64,000 nt of DNA from an uncultured delta proteobacterium (GTDB lineage: Bacteria; Desulfobacterota; Binatia; Binatales; Binataceae). Made by a program: the position numbers and the translations under genes. The notes under the pieces were generated by a model that worked only from the letters and a program-made list of their open reading frames with translations, ran no database searches and was not told the origin of the DNA. The DNA lies in the NCBI GenBank assembly GCA_963747115.1, contig CAVVEB010000002.1:279672-343671 (forward strand), written 5' to 3'. Below are positions 11,180 to 23,687 of the stretch, piece after piece (position 1 is the stretch's first letter; each line of letters opens with the position of its first letter).

Positions 11180-12553
11180 ATGTTCAAAAAGTTACTGGTT
11201 GCCAACCGCGGAACTATCGCGATTCGAATTATCCGCGCGTGCCGCGAGTTGGGCATAGCTACCGTCGCGGTATTCTCCACCGCCGACAAAGACGCTCTGC
11301 ACGTGCGGATGGCGGACGAGTCGGTCTGTATCGGGCCGCCGCAAGCGGAAGCCAGCTACCTGAATATTCCCTCGATAATCAGCGCCGCGACTACTTACCA
11401 CGCCGATGCGGTGCATCCCGGCTATGGCTTCCTGAGCGAGAACGGCGATTTCGCCGAGGCTTGCCGGAAGTCGGGACTCAATTTCGTCGGACCCAAAGCG
11501 CGTCACATCCGTTTGATGGGTGATAAACCGCGCGCGCGTCGAATTATGATACGCGCCGGCGTTCCGGTGCTTCCGGGCAGCGAGGGCAAGGGCGTCACCG
11601 ACGTGAAAGACGCGCTCGCCGACGCGAGACGGCTGGGCTACCCGGTGTTGATCAAAGCCGCGGCGGGCGGCGGCGGCAAAGGGATGCGCGTGGTTCGCGA
11701 TGAGAAGGAACTGCTGCGCATGTTCCCGCTCGCGCGCGGCGAGGCCGAGGCCGCGTTCAACTCGCGCACCATGTACCTCGAAAAATATCTCGAGCACGCG
11801 CGCCACGTCGAGTTTCAGATTCTCGCCGACGAGAGCCGCCATGCGATCCACCTCGGCGAGCGCGATTGTTCGATTCAGCGGCGCCATCAGAAGGTCATCG
11901 AGGAGTCGCCGTGCCCGGTGCTGACGCCACGGCTGCGCGACAAGATGGGCAAGGCGGCGGTGCGCGCCGCCGATGTGGTGGGCTACTCGAACGTCGGCAC
12001 GGTCGAGTTTCTGCTCGCCGGTGACGGCCAGTTCTACTTCATCGAAATGAACACCCGGATCCAGGTCGAGCACGGTGTGACCGAGATGGTCACCGGTACC
12101 GACCTGGTGAGGGAGAGCATTCGGGTCGCGATGGGCGAGCCGCTGCGATGGAAGCAGCGTCAGATCACGATGAGCGGCGCGGCGATGGAGTTTCGCATCT
12201 ACGCCGAGGACCCTGACACCAGCATTCCGTCGCCGGGCGTGGTGTCGAATCATCATCCGCCGGGCGGCCTCGGGGTGCGCGTCGAGACCGCGCTGTATGA
12301 CGGCTACCGGGTTCCGGTGCACTACGATCCGCTAATCGCGAAGCTGATCGTGCACGCGGAAAATCGTCAGTATGCGATCGCGCGTGCGAAAGCGGCGCTG
12401 CGCGAATACGTGATCGACGGCATCAAGACCAACATCCCACTGCACCTGAAGATTCTCGACGATAAGGATTTTGCCGCGGGCAGATTCGCGACCGACTTTC
12501 TCACCCGCTACGAACACGTCCATGAATCCCCCGCCCGCGCCGCCGGCCGGTAG
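11180..12553 (+). CDS. accC: acetyl-CoA carboxylase biotin carboxylase subunit
   Basis: MFKKLLVANRGTIAIRIIRACRELGI, GYPVLIKAAAGGGGKGMRVV and FIEMNTRIQVEHGVTE motifs. 457-aa intact ORF. Confidence 0.95.
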   Translation: MFKKLLVANRGTIAIRIIRACRELGIATVAVFSTADKDALHVRMADESVCIGPPQAEASYLNIPSIISAATTYHADAVHPGYGFLSENGDFAEACRKSGLNFVGPKARHIRLMGDKPRARRIMIRAGVPVLPGSEGKGVTDVKDALADARRLGYPVLIKAAAGGGGKGMRVVRDEKELLRMFPLARGEAEAAFNSRTMYLEKYLEHARHVEFQILADESRHAIHLGERDCSIQRRHQKVIEESPCPVLTPRLRDKMGKAAVRAADVVGYSNVGTVEFLLAGDGQFYFIEMNTRIQVEHGVTEMVTGTDLVRESIRVAMGEPLRWKQRQITMSGAAMEFRIYAEDPDTSIPSPGVVSNHHPPGGLGVRVETALYDGYRVPVHYDPLIAKLIVHAENRQYAIARAKAALREYVIDGIKTNIPLHLKILDDKDFAAGRFATDFLTRYEHVHESPARAAGR

Positions 12554-12613
12554 GCGGACGATTCAGGCTTTTTGGAGCTCGCCGCTAAGAAATCCAAATA
12601 ACCGCAGACCGAT

Positions 12614-16702
<4,089 letters not shown>

Positions 16703-16705
16703 CGC

Positions 16706-17191
16706 TCAGAACCGAACCGACGCCGTCAGCCATAGCTCATTTCCGGTCGATCGATTTTGCGCCGCGAATTCGAAGTCGTACTTGAAACAAACGCTGATCG
16801 GTACGCTCCAGATTGGAACGGTGGCGCCGAGTGGCGGCCCGAGCCCGATCACGCGCCCTTTGAAGGCGCCGAGCGTCGCGCCGCTACCGGAGTCGGGCGT
16901 GGTCTGTTGAACCGCGTACCCCGCCATCCCCGCGACCAATCCGTGCGGCAAATGCTGCGCGAGTACGTCCTGAAATAAGAAGTAGTTTTTCAACAACACG
17001 CCGCCTGGTGCTGCCAGCATGCCGGCAAACAAGTCCACCGTCCCCGGTCGATAGGTGCCAACGCCATACTCCGATGCGAACGCGCTCGCACCGATTGCGG
17101 ACATCAGGGCGAGTCCGAACACCGTGGCGCAGATTTGGAGCACGCAGCGATCGCTTACTCTCAAAAGATGACGAAGCTGCAGCATCGGCAC
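16706..17191 (-). CDS. short outer-membrane beta-barrel protein of the MetA-pathway (phenol degradation) transporter-like family, about half normal length
   Basis: Signal peptide, then SEYGVGTYRPGTVDLFAGMLAAPGG near the N-terminus, and a C-terminal FKYDFEFAAQNRSTGNELWLTASVRF ending in Phe. Only 161 aa. The stop lies 3 nt from the kinase start. Confidence 0.45.
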   Translation of the reverse strand: MPMLQLRHLLRVSDRCVLQICATVFGLALMSAIGASAFASEYGVGTYRPGTVDLFAGMLAAPGGVLLKNYFLFQDVLAQHLPHGLVAGMAGYAVQQTTPDSGSGATLGAFKGRVIGLGPPLGATVPIWSVPISVCFKYDFEFAAQNRSTGNELWLTASVRF

Positions 17192-17531
17192 ACTTCAACC
17201 CAGCAACTTCGATGCCGTTATAGATGGATGGTTACTCCGACGCGACGCATACCGCATTCCAAGGCCGGATGAGGATGAGTTACCTGAACCAAATTAATGG
17301 AGGTCCGAGGCGCCATCCAATTGCCGCCCCGCGACGGATTCTCGTCGCGGAGCATCCCTCACGATGACTACCGGGCGATATCCTGCCGGGCTTGCGAGTA
17401 ATTCGATCTCGCCACGGGGACGGTGCGGTCTGCGCCGGATCATAGCCTCTTGACCGAGACCGCCTTCCACCTAATACGATATAGATAGAGTCCGCATCCG
17501 GTCGGGAGCGCGGGACTCCAACACACATCAA

Positions 17532-18575
17532 ATGATGAAAAGAATTTTTTTCGCGATAGCTTTTGTAGCCGCGGCGATAACGGCGCCGGCGCTCTCGCGG
17601 GCGCAAAACGACTCGATGATTCCCGGCGGCAATGCCGCACCGCCAGGACCGCAGCCCAAGATCCAAATCGAAAACCCGTTGTATGACTTCGGAACCGCTA
17701 CCGAAGCCTCGATGGTGCATCACACCTTCAAGATCAAGAACGTGGGCAACGGCCGTCTCGTGATCACCGGGGTCAAAACCTCATGCGGATGCACCGCGGC
17801 GAAGCCGAGCAAAAGCACCCTGGAGCCGGGCGAGCAAACCGATATCACGGTCGGCTTCGATACCCGCTTCCAGAAGGGTCATCAGGTCCGCACCATCACG
17901 GCCTTCACCAACGATCCCAACGCCCAGCAAGCGATCATGACGATACAGGGGGTAGTGAAGCAGCAGGTCTCGGCCACTCCCGACAACGTCGCCTTCGGGA
18001 AGGTAAAGCAGGGCACGGAGATCACCAAAGAAGTCCTCATCACCGATCTCACGGGAAGCAAGGAACCGTTCTCGGTCAGCGAGCTGAGCAATTCCAATCC
18101 CGCGATCAAAGTGACCAAGGAAAACCGCACCGATGGTAAGCCGGGCGCGATGCTTAAAGTCACCCTGACCAAGGCGATGCCGATCGGAAGCTTCGACGAC
18201 ACCATCAAAATGACCACCAGCCGAATCCCGGTTCAGGTCGATGTATTTGGCACGGTGACCGGAGACTTGAGCATCGATCCCGCGCAAGTCTCGTTCGGAA
18301 TCGTGCCGCATGGCGAAGAAGCGGTGCGGATGATCAAGCTCTCCAATCAGGGATCGAAGCCGGTCAAAGTGCTCGGCATCACGAGCAGCGCGGTTCCGGT
18401 GTCCGCCTCGGCGGAACCGTTGGACGGCGGCAAGGAATACAAGATCACTGTCAACCTGCATCGCGGCACACCCGACGGTCAGGTGCGCGGGCAATTGCAA
18501 ATCAAGACTGACGACCCAGAACAGCAAGTGCTGAACGTTCCGTTCTACGGCATCGTCGGTAAATTCCAGATGTAG
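17532..18575 (+). CDS. secreted DUF1573 domain protein (tandem Ig-like domains)
   Basis: Signal peptide MMKRIFFAIAFVAAAITAPALSRAQ. YDFGTATEASMVHHTFKIKNVGNGRLVITGVKTSCGCTAAKPS is the DUF1573 signature. Confidence 0.7.
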   Translation: MMKRIFFAIAFVAAAITAPALSRAQNDSMIPGGNAAPPGPQPKIQIENPLYDFGTATEASMVHHTFKIKNVGNGRLVITGVKTSCGCTAAKPSKSTLEPGEQTDITVGFDTRFQKGHQVRTITAFTNDPNAQQAIMTIQGVVKQQVSATPDNVAFGKVKQGTEITKEVLITDLTGSKEPFSVSELSNSNPAIKVTKENRTDGKPGAMLKVTLTKAMPIGSFDDTIKMTTSRIPVQVDVFGTVTGDLSIDPAQVSFGIVPHGEEAVRMIKLSNQGSKPVKVLGITSSAVPVSASAEPLDGGKEYKITVNLHRGTPDGQVRGQLQIKTDDPEQQVLNVPFYGIVGKFQM

Positions 18576-18637
18576 GCTGCGCGGCCGCTTCTCCCTCTTC
18601 ATCCTGATCGAAGCCCTAGGGGCGCACGCGATGTCGC

Positions 18638-19888
18638 GTGCGACGATGCCTCCCGCTATCTTGTTACCCAATATTTCTTTCGCACGGAGACCGCGTGGCA
18701 GAAGATCAGCTGGGGCGAGTTCGCTACATCCCATCGTTCGATGGCATGCGCGCCTTATGCATCGCGGCGGTGATCTTGTTCCATGTCGTCTCGACCAGTC
18801 ATCCATGGCTGGAAAACCTCGCGCGCCGCGGATGGTGCGGCGTCGATGTCTTCTTCGTCCTCAGCGGATTTCTCATCACCTGGATCATCGCGGTTGAAAT
18901 CGATCATCGCGGCACCGTCGATCTGCCGCGCTTCTATGTGCGACGCGCGTTGCGATTGCAGCCGGCGTATTTTTCCGGGCTGATCGGATTCGCGCTGCTG
19001 CTGTTTTTGTTTCATCGCGAAAAATTCTTCATCGTGATGCACGCGATGCCGTATTTCCTGACCTACACGATGAACTTCGCCGTCGCCTTCGGATGGATCC
19101 CGTTTCCGCCCTACGGACAGGCGTGGTCGCTATGCATCGAGGAGCAATTCTATCTCTGCTGGCCGTGGACGCTGCGCCGCTTCGGCACCCACCGATGCCT
19201 CCGAATCGCGCTCGGCATCGTGGTCTTCGTGATGTTCTACCGCACCGGCCTCTATGCGTGGCTGAACTGGGGACACTTCGCGATCGCCTCCGAGCGGTCA
19301 TTGGATCGCATCTACTACGGGACCGACACCCGCATCGACACGATTCTGATCGGATGCGCCACGGCCCTCGTGCTGCGGGAACCCGCGCTGGAAAAATATT
19401 TCCAGCGGCTGCGCGATTGGCGATGGTTCACCGTCGTCGCGTCGGCCGTCGCGCTAGCGGCGTTTGCGTGGGCGACCGGCGGCGCCTTCAAAGGTGGATG
19501 GCGCGGGGCGACGATCGGATTCACCGCGATGGCGGTGACGACGGCGGCGGTGATCTTAGCGCTGTTCCTGCAACCGGAATCGATGCTCTCGCGATGCCTC
19601 TCGTGGCCGCCGATGGTTTTCATCGGCAAGATTTCCTACGGCATCTATCTTTTTCACGAACCCTTCTGGATGGCGCTGGCGCGCGTGATGGGACTGCGCT
19701 TTGAAGCAGTAGGAACCTTGCCGCAGGAGATTGTCGCGGTAACGTTGGTATTCGCCGCCTCGATCGCTCTCGCATGGGGCCACTTCGAGATCGTCGAGAA
19801 ACGCTTCCTCGCGCTGCGCGACCGCTTGGACTCCAAGCGCAAAGCCGACCCTGCAACCTCGGTCGCCGCCTCCGAGCGCGGCATCTAA
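18638..19888 (+). CDS. acyltransferase family 3 (OafA/YrhL-like) membrane protein
   Basis: YIPSFDGMRALCIAAVILFHV, then about 10 TM segments, WSLCIEEQFYLCWP and GKISYGIYLFH. GTG 18695 (GGAGA upstream) is an alternative start. Confidence 0.75.
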   Translation: MRRCLPLSCYPIFLSHGDRVAEDQLGRVRYIPSFDGMRALCIAAVILFHVVSTSHPWLENLARRGWCGVDVFFVLSGFLITWIIAVEIDHRGTVDLPRFYVRRALRLQPAYFSGLIGFALLLFLFHREKFFIVMHAMPYFLTYTMNFAVAFGWIPFPPYGQAWSLCIEEQFYLCWPWTLRRFGTHRCLRIALGIVVFVMFYRTGLYAWLNWGHFAIASERSLDRIYYGTDTRIDTILIGCATALVLREPALEKYFQRLRDWRWFTVVASAVALAAFAWATGGAFKGGWRGATIGFTAMAVTTAAVILALFLQPESMLSRCLSWPPMVFIGKISYGIYLFHEPFWMALARVMGLRFEAVGTLPQEIVAVTLVFAASIALAWGHFEIVEKRFLALRDRLDSKRKADPATSVAASERGI

Positions 19889-21123
19889 TGGGTGAAGAAT
19901 TTCGCATCGAGCGATATCGCCGGTCGGACCGCGATCGCGTCTTTGAGCTCGTACGCGCTTCCTCTCCCGCCTCCGCCTCAATAGTGATTCGCAACTGGGA
20001 CTGGATGTATGATTCCAACCCGTTCAATCGCGAGGCTGAACGCGAGCGACGCGCCAACCGCGAGCAACTGCAAGCCTTCCTGCGCGCCACCTATTCTGCC
20101 GAACGGGTGGAGAGGTTCGCCCGAAAATGGGGAATTAGTCACCACGACAATTTGGAGCTGGGGGACGAGCCATACCTTGTTCTGATGAAGAACAATCGTG
20201 ACGACGTGGTTGCGATGGAGGGGGTACTCCCGCAGCGCTTTCTGGTTGGCGGTACGGAGCAACCGGTATCGGTTGCGTGCAACTGGACCGTGCATCCCGC
20301 CTACCGTAAGCAGAGACTCGCGCAGCAGCTGGTGAATCGACTAAAGACCGACAACGCGCTGATATTGGCATGGCAGAATGCGGCTTCACGCAAGGTTGCG
20401 CAACGATGGCGCAGAGGGGTCGCACGCCGGACCGAGGCGTCCGTATCGGTCCACGCCACGATGCCTGTGGTGCCTCTGATCAAGCCAATAGATTGGGGCG
20501 CGCTCGCGAATCTGGTCACCGACAACCGCTTGCTTGGAGCGGCCGCGTCGTTCATCGGCGCCGGTGCGCGGCGGCTGGGGTCGGTGCTCGAGCGACCAGT
20601 GTCATCGCCGGGAGTCAGAGTGGTTCAGATCGACACTTTCGATGAACGCGCCGATCAACTCTGGCAACGGGTCAATCAAAGCTATCCGGTGATCGCGATT
20701 CGCGACCGGCGCTATTTGAATTGGCGATTGTTCTCGCGACCGGACTCTCCGTACACGGTAGTGGCCGCACTTAGCGATTCGAGCATGCGCGGATATCTGG
20801 TGTTTCGCGTCTCCGATCACCTCGGCGTACCCTGCGGGTTCCTGACCGACTACCTGGTCGAGGATCGCAAGGTCTTCTCACTCGTTCTGAAAGAGGCCGA
20901 GGATTTGCTGAGGGCCTGGCCGGTCAAAGCGATCGTTTGCTCAGTCGCGATCCCGCCCTATAGGAGCCTCCTGGTTCGTCACGGCTTCTTCCCGGTCCCC
21001 TTCGGCAATCGAACCGCGCTTGCGGTCTGGTTCCATTCGGCGGATCCGCGGCTAAAGGCCTACGCGGATCTACCGCGATGGTTCATCACGATGGGTGACG
21101 GCAATCTTGATATGGGTTTCTAG
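19888..21123 (+). CDS. GNAT-superfamily N-acetyltransferase-like protein (411 aa)
   Basis: The ATG at 19888 overlaps the acyltransferase stop (TAATG). IERYRRSDRDRVFELV... and NWTVHPAYRKQRLAQQLVNRL resemble a GNAT acetyl-CoA binding core. The C-terminal half is unassigned. Confidence 0.5.
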   Translation: MGEEFRIERYRRSDRDRVFELVRASSPASASIVIRNWDWMYDSNPFNREAERERRANREQLQAFLRATYSAERVERFARKWGISHHDNLELGDEPYLVLMKNNRDDVVAMEGVLPQRFLVGGTEQPVSVACNWTVHPAYRKQRLAQQLVNRLKTDNALILAWQNAASRKVAQRWRRGVARRTEASVSVHATMPVVPLIKPIDWGALANLVTDNRLLGAAASFIGAGARRLGSVLERPVSSPGVRVVQIDTFDERADQLWQRVNQSYPVIAIRDRRYLNWRLFSRPDSPYTVVAALSDSSMRGYLVFRVSDHLGVPCGFLTDYLVEDRKVFSLVLKEAEDLLRAWPVKAIVCSVAIPPYRSLLVRHGFFPVPFGNRTALAVWFHSADPRLKAYADLPRWFITMGDGNLDMGF

Positions 21124-21169
21124 TTCCAAGATTGCGCCGTCTGCGCGGGCGGAAAGATTCTTGGTGCGC

Positions 21170-21200
21170 GAGGGGCGCGCGCGAAGCGCGCGCCCCCCTC
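21170..21200. terminator. GC-rich hairpin between convergent genes (REP-like or terminator)
   Basis: GAGGGGCGCGCGC-GAA-GCGCGCGCCCCCCTC. It is followed by the conserved tail CCCTCACCGTCACGTCAC, which recurs inverted at 22326-22343. Confidence 0.5.
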
Positions 21201-21215
21201 ACCGTCACGTCACCG

Positions 21216-21698
21216 CTACCGGCTCGCGTGCGGCAGTAGCGATGCGCCGGGTTCGCCGAGGGCCGCCGGAATCGTCTTGGTGGTGCAAGCGGCTCCGGTG
21301 AGGCCGCCGGTCGGGCCGAAGCTCACCTCACTGCTACCCTCCAAAAGTTGACCAAAGTATTCGCCGGTAACGGTACCGTGAACAGCTGGGAGCGACAAAA
21401 TGATGGTATCAATTTCGACAAATTCAGCCGCCTCGCCCCCGGTGGTGAGGGTGAGCGCAACGTCCGACCCATCAGAGGACGCACATGCAACGCCTATAGT
21501 TGGAACGTTCTCCGACTCGGGAACGAAGCCGAGCCACTGCGAACAATGGCCTTTGCCGGGAAGATGGAATGCTTGTCCCACCAGAACAAAGGCCGAATTG
21601 GGAAAGCCGCTTATGCAGTAGTTCTTTGCCAGCACCACGCTCGGAGTGAGAACCAGCAGGCCAATGAAACCCGCGATGCTTGCCCGTAGCTTGTACAT
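21216..21698 (-). CDS. secreted hypothetical protein (160 aa, Cys-containing)
   Basis: GGAGG RBS precedes the ATG at 21698. Signal peptide MYKLRASIAGFIGLLVLTPSVVLA. No recognisable family. Confidence 0.5.
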   Translation of the reverse strand: MYKLRASIAGFIGLLVLTPSVVLAKNYCISGFPNSAFVLVGQAFHLPGKGHCSQWLGFVPESENVPTIGVACASSDGSDVALTLTTGGEAAEFVEIDTIILSLPAVHGTVTGEYFGQLLEGSSEVSFGPTGGLTGAACTTKTIPAALGEPGASLLPHASR

Positions 21699-21899
21699 CG
21701 AAAAGCCTCCATGTGTGTTTGTACCCGGTTTGTCCGGCAACCCCCAAATACACCCGCAGCGGGGTGGGGGCGAAATACGAACGACAGTTTTGCCCACAGC
21801 GCGCGCGGGTGGTGTGAATAACATCGCGCTTCTGGCGTGAACGGGAGCGGTTGGCAGAGGGCGGCGGTCTTACCGCTTTGGCACTCGTCGTGGGGTAGA

Positions 21900-21983
21900 C
21901 TACTCGCAAGCCGACGCCGTCGAAGAACTTGGGATGGCGCCGAATACGTCGAGCAGGACGTTGGTATCAAAAGCTGTAATCAC
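21900..21983 (-). pseudogene. remnant of a PIN-domain (VapC) toxin, first ~15-25 codons only
   Basis: GTG overlaps the upstream antitoxin stop (GTGA). The translation VITAFDTNVLLDVFGA is the classic PIN N-terminal strand with the acidic residue. Similarity is then lost and a stop follows at 21900. Confidence 0.5.
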
Positions 21984-22209
21984 CGCCGGCCACGAAGTTG
22001 CGCTACCGTGACGTCAGGGTCGATTTTCTTACGGAGGCAGCCGTAGACCTCAGTAACCGAATCCACGGCGCCGCTCTTAACCGCGACCAGGCGCCCGTGT
22101 TCTTCGCTGAACTCCATGACCGTCCCGGGCTTCACCCAGAGCCGGTCTCGTAGCGATTTCGGGATAGTCACCTGGCGCGCTCGTCGACGCGAGTTTTCAT
22201 ACTTTTCAT
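21980..22209 (-). CDS. AbrB/MazE/SpoVT-type antitoxin (VapB-like), N-terminus frameshifted
   Basis: VTIPKSLRDRLWVKPGTVMEFSEEHGRLVAV is a SpoVT-AbrB fold. The natural N-terminus MKSMKTRVDERAR (ATG 22209 or 22200) is out of frame by 1 nt at about 22171-22173. Confidence 0.65.
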
Positions 22210-22365
22210 GTATGAAGGTACGATACTCGATTACGAATAACCCAAACCACAGAAGTTCTTAGTCCCTCGCCCTACTGGGAGAGGCGGTCGCGGCGCGGCT
22301 GTTGCGATGGCCGCGGGCAACGGGCGTGACATGACGGTGAGGGCCGGCGGGCGTCCTCGCCGGCC

Positions 22366-22647
22366 GGTGATGGAATGCCACGGCATACGCGACACGCAGC
22401 TTTCTCCTTGTCATCCAGAGGCGAGCGGAGCGACGCCGAAGGATCTCGGGAGAGTCTTGCTTGAAAGTGTTGCTTTCAGCATTCGAGTGCGCGCGATCGT
22501 CGGGCGGCATTGCTCACGGTGCAGGTTGATGGTGCGACTTTGTTCGGTGGGGCCACGAGATCCTTCGCGTGCGCCGTAGGCTTCGCTCTGGATGACGAAA
22601 GGAGCCGCGCGCTCGCGTACGTCGTGGCGTGCGATCACCGCGCGCGA
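22366..22647. repeat. ~280-bp MITE/REP-like element with ~80-bp inverted arms
   Basis: The left arm (22366-22448) contains GGTGATGGAATGCCACGGCATACGCGA and GTCATCCAGAGGCGAGCGGAGCGACGCCGAAGGATCTC. The right arm (22556-22647) carries both in inverted order and orientation (GAGATCCTTCGCGTGCGCCGTAGGCTTCGCTCTGGATGAC, then TCGCGTACGTCGTGGCGTGCGATCACC). Confidence 0.55.
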
Positions 22648-22753
22648 GCGCCCGCGCCGCCCTCAGCGTCGCTCACCGCGCAAGCGCGAGGGAAGCGAAA
22701 CCCCTGCTCCGGCTAGTGCGCCATGATCGCCGAAACGGTATGGTAAGGACACC

Positions 22754-23026
22754 ATGAGTAGCCCGCGGTCACAGCACTCCGCACCGCCTGCGGAAAAGAA
22801 AAGATCTTCTGCGCCGAAGCCGATCACTCGGTCGCGCGCGATTGCGACCGAGCGGAAAGAAAACCCGAAGTTGGCCGCCCTCAAGCGTAGGCACTTCACG
22901 AAGAAGGGACGCGCGGCGCGCATCGACCGCGCTATGAAAACATTAGATCAGTTCCACTGGGACTTCGGTTTCGACGATGAAACCTTGAAATGGACCGCCG
23001 AAGACCCGGATATCGAACATTCCTGA
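22754..23026 (+). CDS. hypothetical small basic protein, positionally an antitoxin for the downstream PIN gene
   Basis: 90-aa ORF that ends 3 nt before the PIN gene. No family recognised, and the start codon is uncertain. Confidence 0.35.
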   Translation: MSSPRSQHSAPPAEKKRSSAPKPITRSRAIATERKENPKLAALKRRHFTKKGRAARIDRAMKTLDQFHWDFGFDDETLKWTAEDPDIEHS

Positions 23027-23029
23027 ACC

Positions 23030-23536
23030 GTGTCTGTTTTCGACCTGCCTGACCTCCCGGCTAAGTCCACCGTACTCATCGACGCTAATATTTTTGTCTA
23101 CGCACTCGACGGACGGTCCGAACAATGCCGGCGACTTCTAATCCGATGTGCGCAGGAAGAGGTTTTCGGTCTCACCACGATCGAGGTAATCAACGAGGTC
23201 TGTCATCGTCTGATGTTGGCGGAGGCCGTTGCGACGGGAGCCATCGTCAGAACCTCAGCCGTGTCTCTCAAGCGGAAACCCTAGGTAGTACGCGATCTAC
23301 ATCAGTATTGGGAGCGTGCGGTCAGCATTTTCGATCTCAACCTCGTAGTCATCGGACTCGATGAAGGACGGATCCGGCGCGCGCAAGGGATCAGGTCTCG
23401 ACACGGCCTCCTCACCAACGATTCCTTAATCGTCTCCGCAGCACAGGACTACGGCCTTGATTCGTTAGCGAGTCGAGACGACGACTTCGATCGAATTCCG
23501 GGGCTTACGGTGTACAAGCCAACCGACGTGCCGTAG
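23030..23536 (+). pseudogene. PIN-domain (VapC-like) toxin interrupted by an in-frame TAG at 23282-23284
   Basis: N-terminal STVLIDANIFVYAL. After the amber codon the same frame continues VVRDLHQYWERAV...GLLTNDSLIVSAAQDYGLDSLASRDDDFDRIPGLTVYKP (PIN C-terminal acidic motifs) up to TAG 23534-23536. Confidence 0.75.
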
Positions 23537-23572
23537 CTCGCGTACGTCGTGGCATTCCATCACCGCGCGCGA
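23536..23572 (+). repeat. 37-bp direct repeat of 22611-22647 (34/37 identical)
   Basis: GCTCGCGTACGTCGTGGCATTCCATCACCGCGCGCGA versus GCTCGCGTACGTCGTGGCGTGCGATCACCGCGCGCGA. The two copies bracket the antitoxin-like and PIN genes. Confidence 0.6.
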
Positions 23573-23606
23573 AACGCGTCGAGATCTGCTTCTTCCAGTT
23601 CTTCCT

Positions 23607-23634
23607 GGTAGGGGCGGTTCGAACCGCCCCTACC
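23607..23634. repeat. perfect 28-bp palindrome (REP-like)
   Basis: GGTAGGGGCGGTTCGAACCGCCCCTACC is exactly self-complementary. Confidence 0.75.
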
Positions 23635-23687
23635 TTGCTGCTCTGACCCCCTCTATTGTTCCATTTCATCGCGGTTCTTATATTCAA

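Noticed and set aside
21862-21885. TGGCACTCGTCGTGGGG as a sigma-54 promoter
   Set aside because: There is no GC dinucleotide at the -12 position, and it lies inside the PIN-remnant region with no downstream gene on that strand.
23282-23284. In-frame TAG in the PIN gene as programmed read-through or pyrrolysine
   Set aside because: There are no pyl genes and no recoding signals, and TAG is used as an ordinary stop elsewhere in the window (including this gene's own terminator codon). A simple nonsense mutation is more parsimonious.
23607-23634. GGTTCGAACC core resembling a tRNA T-arm
   Set aside because: It is the centre of a perfect 28-bp palindrome. No acceptor, D or anticodon arms can be drawn around it.
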